Assembly: GCA_003427395.1 (NCBI GenBank)
Contig: BFEA01000021.1
Coordinates: 4,568,964 to 4,632,963, forward strand
Source of the DNA: Chara braunii
Lineage: Eukaryota; Plantae; Charophyceae
Length of the DNA: 64,000 nt
Reading direction: 5' to 3'
Part shown: positions 37,997 through 50,283 of the stretch, in pieces
Layout of the letters: each line of letters opens with the position of its first letter
Numbering within the stretch: the first letter of the stretch is position 1
Notes under the pieces: generated by a model
The model's database searches: none
What the model was told of the DNA's origin: nothing
What the model saw: the letters and a program-made list of their open reading frames with translations, nothing else
Made by a program: the position numbers and the translations under genes

Positions 37997-40900
37997 TCAA
38001 TCCAAAGTCTTAATGGGGAGGACAAATGGGGGGTCGTCCCATTGATTGTGCTCCTCTAAAATATTTTCTTCCAGGAAGATCTGCATGAGGATTACCATTC
38101 TGCTCGCAGTCCAGGCGCAGTTTGTTGTAAAGCACGCCGTGTTCAGGCTCATGAGTTGCAGGTGACTGAACCACTTGAGAGTGAAGCCAAATTTGGATGC
38201 TCTCTCCTTTGGATCAATCAGTAGAATGACCGGGGTGACCCCTTTGGGGAATGTGTGGGACTTTGGCAACACCACTCCCAGTTCGTTGTGTATATCAGCT
38301 TCTCTGATCCAATACCTTAGTCGTTTGAGAATGACGCCTGTGGATGGGGTGCCCCTCCACCCTGCCAGCGCAAACGCCCCCGGGGTCGTGCTAAGTCTGT
38401 GCTGGCTTGACCGGTTACTGTTGCCAGGCGGGGGGCCCAACCCAACAGCCATTCCCCCCCTTCACGCTCCCGAACCAGGGGAAATATGACGACTCCAGGA
38501 GGCATGGCCAGTGGGGTAGGGTCATCCTCCTGGAGTCTCACCAGTTCCCTGAACTTCGTTGGGGGGACTTCCTTTTGTAGTTCCTCTTGTTCTCCCGCCG
38601 CCTGTTGTAGCGAGTTGTCTTCGTCCTCATGAACAGTTTCGCAGCACGATCCCTCGACGTGTGGTCACACTGCAGCCCGTGTTCCAAATTCCGGGGATCC
38701 CCCACTATGGACACCCGTCTTTCCAGGCTCCCGGGCCGGGGCTATTGTTCCTGTGTGTCGGGGGGGGCATGAGGCATGATAACCATGGTGGTGGTCGGTC
38801 GGATCAGCCCCTCTGGCAGCTGTTGAACAGTTTCGTGCGAGGGGGGGTACAGTGTGTCACACAGTTCGTGAATCAGCACTTTGGGCCAGGCTAGGCCATC
38901 ATAGAGGAACACCTTCTCTGCAGCAGCCACAGACTCGTGGACAATCCCAGAGTCGTCTCCCCGAGTTTGGGTCTCAACATAATTTTGTATTTTTTCAAGG
39001 AACTCGTTCACTATAAGAACAATCGCAGCGCCAACATCCATCCAATCTATTGATGAGATATCCTTATACTTTTCAACTGTGGCCAGGACTCGGGGGCTGT
39101 ACATGATAACCATTTTATCCTCCTTCCAGTGTTTGTTCCCTAATCTTTCCGCAGGCCTATCGTCCATAAGTGAAAAGATCTTCATGAGGGTCCATTTTGT
39201 GAGGGATCCCAACTTCTGTTTTACCTCATCATTGGTAGTAAGCGGTGGGGGGGGACAGTCTTCACCTACCGGGGGAGGTGGAGGGGGTTGGATGACATCA
39301 ACGTCGATGTCCATGTCCACCGCTGGAGGGAATTGACTTTCCGACTCCTGCTGTAGGGTGTGGTTCGGGGCAGATGTGTCCATATCCTGAGGTTCCTGCC
39401 TGCCCTCGGATGAGTCTGGGAGTGCCTTGTCCGCGAGACCCAGCAGCATCGTCTGCTGCGCTTATGGTTTGTGTCTTTCCACCTCCTACTGCCAGAACAT
39501 GAGCAATTGATCCTGCTGTTGATTCAGGATCTGTTGTTGTTGATGACACAGCTGCTATTGCCATTGCAGGTGTAAGTGTTGAAGGATCTGCTGCTGCTGC
39601 GTCAGCCGGTGTTGTTGTTGTTGATGATGGTACTGTGCCAGCTAGGCTCGCAGCAGGAGGTCGAACTGTTCCAAATAATCTCCTTCGAGCATGTGTCGTT
39701 GTGATTGTTGTTGTTGTTGAGCATGTAGCAATACTAGGTGTTGCTGGTGTTGCTGGGGGCAGAGCCCTGAGCGGCCTTGCACAGGTTCCTGCACGTCGTG
39801 CTGCATTTGTTGTTGTGCAAGGGCTTGACATTCCAGCTCCCTTTTTGTTTGCAGATGCACCTGGCTTTGCTGTTCCGCTTGGGTTTGAAGTATTTGTTGT
39901 TGGTGTTGCAACTACTGTTGCTGTTGCTGTTGCTCTTGCTCTTGTTGGGCATACTGCAGTTGCTGTTGCATTTGTGGCTGTTGTCCCTGAGCCGTTAACA
40001 ACTGCATCTGCAGCTGGCACTGGGTTTCCACTGAGCTTGCTGTGGATCTTGTTGCTGTATCGAGATGTCGAATTGTTCCCGTCCCTGGTGCAGTTGTTGT
40101 TGCATCTAGAGCTGAATTTGACGTTTTTCTTCCTGGAGTTGTGTTTGCAAGTGCATCCAGTGTTGCTGTTCCGCTTGGGCTTGCAGCACTTGCTGTTGGT
40201 GTTGCAACAGCTGCTGCTGTTGCTCTTGCTCTTGTTGGGCACACTTCAGTTGTTGTTGCATTTGTGACTGCTGTTCCTGAGCCGTCAGCAACAGCATCCG
40301 CGGTTGGCACTGGGTTTCCACCCGAGCTTGCTGTGGATCTTGATGGTGCAGTTATTGTTCCATCTGCAACTGCGTTTGGCTTTGTTCTTGCTCCGTTTGA
40401 GTATGTTGCAGTTCCTGATGTTGTGTTTGCAAATGCGACCGGCGTAGCTGTTCCGCTTGGGCTTGCAGCACTTGTTGTTGGTGTTGCAGCAACTGCTTCT
40501 GTTGCTGTTGCTTTTGTTGGGCATACTGCAGTTGCTGTTGCATTTGTGACTGCTGCCCCTGGAGAATGGACAGTTGCTGGTGTTGTTGGTTCGGGGTCCA
40601 ATCGTGGGTCCGTTCCTGCCCCTGTTTCAGTCCCCGATGTTGAGGCTCCCCGGTCAGCAGGGCAGGTGGGGGTTCCTGGCGGAGGTCATCCCAAGTGGGC
40701 TCGGGATGAGATCTTGTCGGTTCGGTCCCATGCTGGCCATCTTTCAGTCCCTGATGTTGAGGCTTCCCGGTCAGCAGGGCAGATGGGGGTTCCTGGCGGA
40801 GGTTATCCCAAGGGGGCTCGGGATGAGGTCGTGTCGGTTCGGTCCCGTGCTGGCCATCTTTCGGGGGCTCCGACAGAGTCTCTCGTGCCTCATCGGGGGT

Positions 40901-41098
40901 GTCCTCGAGGGGGCTACGGGGAGGATGGAGGCGGTATTCAATCTTGTCCCGTGGGCATTGTTCTTGTTCTTGTCGTCTAAAACTTCTTCCACGTCCACAT
41001 CCTCGGTAGGGTGCATGGCCAACATACGCAGCTTCTCCCGGAAGTACTCTTCCATCGCATCATCGCATTGCCTGAGATCCTTCCACGCCCCCCCCGAC
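37997..41098 (-). pseudogene. A2 ORF1 C-terminal half (poly-Q repeats, helical domain, C-terminal domain)
   Basis: 38742..39449 and 37997..38541 align with A1 ORF1 domains; no CCHC knuckle present (truncated). Confidence 0.8.
39700..40860 (-). repeat. Coding tandem repeats in A2 ORF1: ~3 x 290-bp poly-Q units plus a 2 x 117-bp duplication
   Basis: GCTGTTCCGCTTGGG recurs at ~39869, 40166 and 40447; TTTCAGTCCC.GATGTTGAGGCT at 40625 and 40742. Confidence 0.9.
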
Positions 41099-44000
41099 CT
41101 CCTTTTCATCCACCACCTCGGCGCAGCTCGTGGAAGAACACTGCAACCCATGGCACAGTAAACCTGAACTGCAGCCTCGGTGATGGTCACGGTATCCAGC
41201 CCTTTGACCGAGACTTGACGAAGCGTCCTCCGCCGCGCGCAGATCTGCGCTCTCATTCTACCCAATGCCCTCTCCTACTGACAACGAAAGAGCACAACCA
41301 TCTTCTCGATCGTCGTTAACTCCACATGTCCGTCGTCGCTTCCACCCTTCATCCGCATGTGTGTTGCAATGCTCATGAACCATGAAAATACAACAGCCTA
41401 CCAACTCGCCACAACCACGGTAACCTCAGCGCCAAGTCCCCCACGACGTTCCTCACGTGTGCTCGACTCAACACATACGCATAGCGGCATGCAGAGATTA
41501 TGGCGATGGACCTTCGCGGGGCGCTCACAAATTTGTGAAGACGTACAAAACTCCATTGCGCCGCTGCAAATGCCCGTTTCCACCATCGCGGATATGGACG
41601 CCACCTGGCCCGCGTCGCCGTCGTGACGTCCAGCACCCAATTTGAAATTTGACTTTCGAACGTGGACTCCGAGGTCCATTGCATTTTAAGAGTCTTTTTT
41701 TTTCCCGGTCGCCAGGGCTTTTCAAAATTTCCCGCCTTCGGCAGCTGGACCACACTGTAGCAAAACGAACATCACCCAATGGACCAAGGCATTGCCCCCC
41801 CCCGCGGCTGACTATAATATTATGAAAATGGCCGCCGGCAGCCGAAAGGAATCATCCTTGGGAGACCACACCAAGGATAGGTGGAACGACGGCGGAAATT
41901 TCCTTCAAACCCCCCCAAGGAAACTTCCTTCGGCCCCGAGGACACCCCAAGGAGTGTCTAACGAGCCCCTATGTCAGACTGCTCACCACATTCGGTTTCC
42001 TAAATCGCCTCTGCACGACGGCTTGTGGATGGTGGTCGTCGGACCTCTCCACAAAACACCTTTCTTCTTTTTTTCATTACAAGAAAACTCAGGTCATTTG
42101 ATCACGCACACCAAAAAGAGAGGCCGGGAAAACCGCAAGAAATAACCCGGGAGGAAAAAACGAAGTTTCCTAGGACCTTTATGACAGAAATGGCCAAAAC
42201 CAGACCGCTATCCATTACCCGGCTTCGGCTAAGAACAATTGAAGAAAAAGAAAAGCTCAGAAACATTCAGAAAATGTGTGTCAACAAGCCTCCCAACCAC
42301 AAATCAGATAGGTGAAACCTATTCAATCCACCTTCGACCACCACCAGCAATGCATTGGCTGTTTTCAGCACGAACCGAAGCTCTTCCAGGCCTCATGCTC
42401 CCATCAGGCTAGGTTACAGAGTTGCACCACCTTGCTCCAGCACCGGCTAGCATTGCTTCAGTTAAAATCCCCGATGACCACTAAGACTGCCCCCGCAAAC
42501 GGCCCCCCAGATCTCTCTACCAGGCCTCACGCCCCCACTAAGTTAGGTCATAGCGTCGCGCCACCTGGCTCCGCCTCCAGCCAGCGTTGCTCCAGCATCA
42601 GTCTTCGATGGCCACCGAATTTTCAACCACCCTATGAAGGATCACAAATGACTTGCCAGATATCACCTATTCCTACAACCTCCTCGAGAGGCGAACCAAA
42701 TGGAAAGAAATACTAAACTGGATGTCAGTATTCTTCGAGAGAGATCGCCCCTCCCTCCCCCTACCCCTCCCCCCTCAGCCCTACACTGCCTCCGCCAAGG
42801 CGAGTCTCCCGCTCTCCCTCGGCCCCAATATAGGACCAACCCTCTGCCCCACTTTCCCCAGGATCACGCAGTTCCCACCTAAAGCATGCCCCCCCACCCC
42901 TTGCCCATTTCTGCCTCCGCTGGGACTGATGTTGACCCGCACACCAGCCCCTGCCACAGAATAGGGCAACCCCCTACTCCGCCCCTACCCTCTTGAGACA
43001 TTCAACCCCCACCTTGTGATGCCCCTGCAAGATAGAGCTCCCCCCACCCCCTTCTTACCAGTCAGCCCTCCGGGAACGATCCGATCCAGCCGACTACAGT
43101 TATTAATGACACACTTACCAAAATGTCGATCGCAATTTGGAAAAGCGGGGCTTCTTCAAATATATGCAGTAACCCCCAAGAACACCCTACATCTTTAAGA
43201 ACAACCCACTGAAGAAAGCGCAGAGCAGCAGTAAGACCATTACAATTGTTCCTCTGCCCCTTGCGCCAATCAACTTTTGGCAGCTCCCACCATGTGCACG
43301 TATCACCCATTTAAAAGAAGCAACAACCTAATTAACGGAGAGATTCCGAAGTTTTAGGGTTCCAAGATTAGAAAATCCTGATAGAACTTTACTTGAGACA
43401 TGTAGAAATTATAGTCGAAATTCAAAGATACATAGTTGTAGAACAGATCCCTACGAATTATGTTGGCCATTCAGAACGGATGATATATGTTTGTGTGTAT
43501 GTGTGTACATGTAGATGAGAATACTTTACTCGCGACTTAGAAATTATAGTCGAAATTCAAGGACGTGTGTATGTGTGTACATGTAGATGAGAATTTGGCT
43601 GATCAGAAAATAGAAGGTAAATTGTAAGTTTTGTTTATAAGTGTGTAAGCACTAGATTAGAGCAAGAATATAGGACATTAGAAGATGCAAAATTAAAATT
43701 AGCGAAAACAATTGGAAAAGGCAGCCAATGTGAAGAGTGTCACACATGTTCGCACGAAATTCTCCTGCTCCATCGCCGCTGTCAGCAAAAACAATTTGAA
43801 AAGGTACCGAAGCGAGGAGCGAAGCAGCACCTCACATGTTAGCACAAAATTCTCCTACTCCATCGCCGCTGTCATTATTGTGCTGCTACCTGCAAACAGT
43901 TTAAAAAGGTAGAGGAAGCGAAGAGCGATTATTGCGCTGCTGCCTGCTTCCGTGTCTTTAACCGATGAACCAGCTCAAATGAACGCCTGAAACCACCATC

Positions 44001-46028
44001 TCTTTATGATGCTCCAGCTTATAACAAGTCTCCCTCCTCCCACTCCGCATGAGAAGACACTCCTTACTTTCTGCCCCTGCTGCCCAACCAACCTCCACTA
44101 GATTCGCGCAGGGGCACAGGAGCAGGGCCACTACCATGCCCAAGATCTCATGAAGACTACCCTAGTCACCACGACAACCCTCCCCTTCCTCTAGCGTGTC
44201 AACCCGCGACACCACATAAACGAAGCACGGAGCAAGAGACCTCTTCAGCCTAGGTTATCAAGGCTGGAAGAACCCTCAGCCGAAGCATCCCATTGATGGC
44301 CGCGCCAAACAAATATCGATCGAACCTCACACCATCGCCTGCCGCCGTAACCCCTTGCCCACATCAACTCCTCAATATTCCCTCGCAGGGAGCCGCGCCG
44401 ACGAGACGCCACCAACTCACAGACTGGCTCATGTCGATAGCGGAGCGGCGTGGCGCTTCCGGTTGCGTCGCGCCGCTCTTCAAAGAAAAAGCGCCTCAGG
44501 CCTGAAAAAAACAAAAAGAAAAAATCCTTCTGGAAAGTGCACAGCTTCACGAATCGAAAAAAAAAAAAAAAGAACTTTCTGGGGCACGGTTCCACTAGCA
44601 ACCGAGTAAGGTATATTGTCGCACGGCGACACCTGTGGGACGTCCGGGGGACATCCACCAGCCGTTGCTGCATCGAAATCCGAGGGTAGCAAAATAAAGA
44701 TGTTTGTATATTTAAAATTTGTGTTTTAATTTACTTTTTCTTGTTTTTTTTTTTTTGGTGAATAACAGGATGTGGGGAAAAGAAATACCAAGTCTGTTTT
44801 TGATTGGTGGTTGTCGGAAAGAAAAAAAAAAATCAAGTACTCTAAGTCGTTCGTATTGACCGTGCTTTCTTTTCCGGTCAATAGAAAGCCCCTCGAGTAC
44901 TTCATTTCTTTCTCAAAATATAAGGACTTCACGCTTGAACATGGGAACCGTCACAGGAGGCAGTCCCGTCGGGCACACTAAGGGACTCCACTCCCTCTCT
45001 GTGGTACGTGAGACTCGGACTGCAATCGTCATGTAGCACTTGTCATAGGTGCACCCTCAGGCAATAAAGAAAGGTGGAAGAAGTGAATCTGGCTACGTTC
45101 TGCGAGGGATACATTCATCCACTGTCCATTCTACTGTTCAAGAAGATGGCACAACCTTTTGCAGCACTTCCAAAGGTCGGGCTCGTCCCCACCTTGGGAC
45201 TTGAGAAGTCACCACTTTAATTTTCTTTTTTCTCTTTTCTTCGTTTTTCTGGAGTGTCGCAGGCGTCGCACTAGGCCATGACTCGTGTGCTAGTGGAACC
45301 GTGCCGCTGGAGAGTGCAAAGCTTCACGAATCAAGATCAGGCAGACTATTTTTTTTTTTTTCACTTTTTTGTAGAAGACATATTGTGGCGGGTAAGGGTC
45401 TGATCCCACCACTACACTACAGCCCAGTTAGTGTACTTTTCAGATCCCACCAGTTTCCGACGTCGGCGTGACCGCCGAAATATTTTGCCTTACTTTCGTT
45501 TGGGTGTGTCGTGGCAGCACATCCACCAAGGAGGCAAACGTAGTCACTACAACTTTTTTTTTTTTTTTTTTTTTTTTGCTTCAAAAATCCATTATAAGGT
45601 CAAATCGAGGCCGGGGAAACCTCACAATTCAACCCGGAGTTATCCTGGCAGCATCAGCCACTTTAGCTTACGAGGGAGCGCTCGCCATGGCCGAGTAAAA
45701 CTCTAGGAACAGGAGGCCAAACCTAGGCCGCTGTCCTGAAAAACTCAGCCTCCACCCAACAAACATAGTCACAGACCAACAAAACCAAACAACCCAAAAA
45801 ACCATTAAAAAGCAACTGCAAACCAAAGAAAGGACAAAAACAAAGGAAAAACCTAAACCCAATCCACCTAGTCTCCTACACCTAAGATAGCACTACAACG
45901 TGCATAAACCCGCCTACTGTCGGCGGGTGGGTACTGGACCTTGACCAAGCAGCACTCCCACCACTTATCAGACCGACTGCCTTCCTCCTGCGGAATGAGA
46001 ACCGAGTGCCCAGGTATGTACCACTCTT

Positions 46029-49000
46029 CTACTTGGCCCAAAACCAATCGTCCAATTTCATCTTTCCATCTTCAAGCTTAACTAGTGTTCCATCTAGGCC
46101 CCAGGTTTCGCCAAACCATTTGGTTGGTTTCCCCCGGGCCTTCCTCCTCCAGTCAGCCTGGATGGTCTGACGGAAAGAACATCGGAAGGTACTACGAATC
46201 TCTTTGTTTGTCATCTCCCTTTCGAGGAAAATCCGCAGATTTCGTTCCTTCCAAATCACCAGGCATCCAACGGCACGAGCAACCTGTGCTATATAGCCCC
46301 AGCCTTTTCGCAAGTCCAGGCGATCTGGAAGACCCCCTAATAAAACCCATTCCCTGTTCCATTCCAGTTCATTATTGGAGATTCACCTCCAATGATCCTG
46401 CCACCAATCCCAGATTCGCTTGGAAGCTGGGCAATCATACCATAAATGAGTCATAGATTCAAAAGCCCATTTACAGCAACAACATGTCATATCTATCCTC
46501 AGGCCTCTTTGAACCAAATTCACCGCAGGAGTAGCCATTAATGATAACAACCACAAGTTAGCAGCCAGCCTAGGATTTGGGGCTATATCCAGCTGAGTCC
46601 AACATTTCTTGAGAGCCCTCCGAATAAGATCCTCGTCACAGTCCAGCACCTGTAACCATCTTGCAGTGGCCACATCCAACGGGGAGTGAGTGCCTTCGCC
46701 TGCCTGGTAGCCTTGAGCTACTGTGTACTGATATAAAGGGCGGTCATCCCCTCCCTAATTTAGGGCCTTCTACCCCCACATCTTCAGGTCAAGACGCAAG
46801 TTCAAGATTGGCGTTCCCTGGGCCATCATCATCACAGCTTTCCCATACTCTCGTCTGTGCAAGGTAAGCAGATAACGAAGGATGGGACACATCCTCCAGC
46901 TGGGACAGAGATCCCAAAGTATTCTGGTCCCTCCCTTCCCAGCATTCAAATGTCCTTTTCCCTGAGTACTCGAAACCCGACAACTTCCAAAAAGTTGATT
47001 GGCCCGCAAAAAGATCTACATACCAAGTACCAGGAGGGTCAACACCTTCTGGACTTAGTATATAAGTCCACTGTGCCGGGATAGCTGTGATTAATTCCCG
47101 TTAATCTTTCCTCCACAAACCAAACTGGGCCTAGCTTACTTCTAAGAGCCGAAGGAGATATCCATTGATTTTCAACATCATTCCATATATCTGCAATTCT
47201 GAGAACCCCTTTCTCAATCCAGCTTCTCCCAAAACTCTGTCGGGCGGAGTCCGCTGGAAACCAAGAACCATCAGCTTTACGAATACTTGGGTTCTCAAAT
47301 AGTGGCTGCAATAATACCTCAGTTTTTGTTGAGGGTTGTAGCCAAGAGTTTGGCTGTAAAGTCTTCCAAGCCTTTATCACAACTTTCCAGAACTCAGATT
47401 TGACAGCTCTGTTTTGGTAAGAGCGGAGCAGCATACATAGCCATACATCAGATGGCCTTTTCAGGTTCCATTTAAAAGCCAGTATGGTTTCAGCTAGAGC
47501 AACCCAGTGTTCGCCTTCCGGAGCACATATAGCCCGGATAATCCATCGAACTAACATAGCAGAACTCTTCCTTTGGGGGTCAATCAAACCCAGACCCCCC
47601 TCCAATTTTGGAAAGCACAACAGCTCCCACGCAACTTTGGAGAGAAAGCCCTCATCATCTCCTGCAAACGGTTTCCAAATAAATTTAGTTGTTCTTCTCC
47701 TAATTACAGAGCACAAACTCTTACTCAGGGATCTAACTACAACAACGGGCCAAAGGAGAGCAAAAAGCGCACTGTTTGTCACCAACACTCGGCCGTAAAT
47801 GGATAGGTGAGGGGCTTTACCCCACGTGGAGATTCTCTGCATGGTACGTTAAAGTAGGATACCTTCCTGATCAACAGAGCATGACAAGAGGGAGACCTGA
47901 ACACCCAAGAACCGTTCAGAGGAATCTGCTTTGATTCGTTTCCTACCCCACTTCACCGCAGGAGTGAATTGATCCGGCAAAAAGAAGACTGATTTTGACC
48001 AGTTGACAGAAGCTTCTGAGAGCTTAGAGTATTCATCCAGGCATCCTTTAAGTGCATTCATGGACCTCTCTGTATTAGCCGAGATAGCAAACAGGTCATC
48101 GGCCAAACCCTTGACCTTACACTGAGAGATTCCTGTGTAGAGACCGGTGATCGACTGTTGTGCCCTAACATTGCACAGGAGGTTTTCCATCTGAAGGACA
48201 AATAACAGGGGAGTCAATGGACATCCCTGTCGTAAGGACTGCGTAAGTGAGAAAGACTCGGATTTGTAGCCATTAACCATTACCGCAGCGGTTGACATCG
48301 AGTAAAGGGACCCAACCCATTTGCATAGATTAACACCAAAGCCCACATGTTTCAGGGTGGAGAGGACATACGTCCAATTCACCCTGTCGTACACTTTTTC
48401 TAGATCTAACATTAAAACTGCAACGTCAGCTTTGGTGGATTCACGTATTCCAGTGCCTCAATAGCAGTCACGATGTTATCAAAGATCGACCGCCCTTGAA
48501 CATAGGCGGCCTGATCTCTGTCAACCAAAGAGGGGAGGTAACGTCCCAAGCGACGAGCCAACACTTTGGCTCGTAGCTTGTAGGATACATTCGAAACAGA
48601 AATAGGGCGCCAATTTCTAACCTCAGACCTGTCCCTTTTCTTGTATAACAGGGAAATAATCCCATTGCGCATGCCTTTCGAAAGTTGTCCTCCTACAAGC
48701 ATTTGGTTATAAATATCAATCAACTCATCTTTCACTTCGTCCCATATAACCAAATAAACTTCCACAGGAAGGCCATCATCCCCTGGCGCTTTGCCGTGTG
48801 CCATGGCCTGTAGGGCTTCCCATGCTTCCTCGGTAGTAACCGGTCGATCCATATCTAACCTACCTGGTACAGATAGTCTGGCCTTGTATTCAGACCAGTG
48901 AAAAGATTCCTCAGTAAGATCCTTATTGATCTCCTCATTTGGTCTTCTTGTTGTGAGGATATCACGATAATATAGAGCAGCGTAATCACACAGATTCCTC

Positions 49001-50220
49001 TGATCTCGTGCAACAGGCAAATCATGATCAAACGGATGAGATAGCTCTCCCATAATCTGAGTCAGTCTCTTTGGCAACAGTTTCTGAAACGAATCCCTAG
49101 TCATACAATCATACACAGCAATCCCCTTAACTCTTAACCTCTCCATCCAAACATCTGATTGCTCTTGTTGGAATGCATCCCATGCGGCCATATGGCGTTC
49201 CCTAATAGGACTCCAAACCAGGTTAGAAACAGGATGCAGACTCATCCGAAATTCAGCATATTCCACTTTCTTCTTTAAGGCCTCCTCCCGTTGGTTCCTA
49301 TCTGCTGCTAAAATTCGGGAAAAGATACTGAGATGCTTGGAGAAAATACGAGAACCAGATTCCCACCAGGCCTCTTTGGATTCAAACAAATCTCTGTTCC
49401 TTTTCCAATCCACCCAAAACCTGTGCATCCACTCGACTACTCCCGGATTTTTTAGCATTTGAGTGTTGACCCGGAAATACCCCGGGCCCCTATCCAATTT
49501 AAGCGCGTTGAGGGTGGCAACTACTGGCTTATGGTCCGAGATTGGATTCGAGGACTCAATAATATCTGCCATAGCATTCCAAACTGGTGGTGAAAACAGA
49601 AAGAAATCCAGCCTTCGTTGGATAGCACCACGGCCCTCTCGAATGTTCGATGTCCATGTGAAGCCAGGACTATTCGGATGGAGAAGGCAAAAAGGTTCAA
49701 TAAGATCAAGGGCAGCCATAAGGTCAGTCAAGGCTTTAACGTCTCTGCCCTTTCTGATCCCTTCATGAGTATCCAGGGAAACATTCCAATCTCCTGACAT
49801 AATCGTATTCTCACACTCAGGAAAGAACAGCGGAAGGTCGGAGGAAAAGGATTCCCTCTCAGCACAGCAGTTAGGGGCATACACAGAAGCAATAACCCAT
49901 TCCCTTTCATCCATCCAGATCTTAATCCATGACCACCTTCCCCATAGATCAGCCCCAAAATCAACAATTTCTGCATTGAGGTTACGATGAATCAGAATAG
50001 CAACCCCCCCTTTAGACCCTCTCGCCGGAGACCATATTTGGGGACCATCCCACCAATTCCCCAATTCAAGGATCTTACTCTCGGATAACTTGGTTTCCTG
50101 AAGACGGATAATATCAATCTTCTGATCATGGGCCCAACTGTTTAAGCGAACCTTTTTGTTCCTACCGTTGGCATCACCCAATCCGCGGATATTCCAAGTG
50201 GCAATCTTAATTTTGCCCAT
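46029..50220 (-). pseudogene. C ORF2 (APE - RT - zf-RVT) with a few frameshifts and stops
   Basis: IATWNIRG, LQETK, VYAPN, GDWN, RRLDF, ISDHK, NWRPIS, LDLEKVYDRV, LRQGCPL, GLADD, ESMTHLWYDC. Confidence 0.95.
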
Positions 50221-50283
50221 CCCCTGGGAGAGCACCCGTCTGTTGGATTAGGGAAGGGTCTGATTGTTGAGGCCAAGCCTCAA

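Larger units (their letters stand above)
20990..41098 (-). mobile_element. LINE A2, 5'-truncated within ORF1, interrupted by nested B2
   Basis: Poly(T) 20990..21022 (poly-A tail). 3' motif at 21086..21139. ORF2 split at duplicated DGAPF. Candidate imperfect TSD CTCCTCGTCATC (20978..20989) / CTCCTTTTCATC (41099..41110). Confidence 0.88.

Noticed and set aside
39298-40980. Ala/Thr/Val-rich ORFs resembling antifreeze or mucin proteins
   Set aside because: Alternative frames and antisense of the CAG/CAA repeats in A2 ORF1.
890-41098. A1/B1 and A2/B2 as a segmental duplication
   Set aside because: Insertion points differ and the paired elements are strongly diverged.
41790-43310. Plus-strand Cys/His- and Pro-rich ORF fragments
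   Set aside because: No recognisable domain and fragmented; cannot support a call.
44530-45332. 18-bp inverted repeat (44583..44600 / 45288..45305) and 26-bp direct repeat
   Set aside because: Probably fragments of a dispersed repeat; no TSD or boundaries could be defined.
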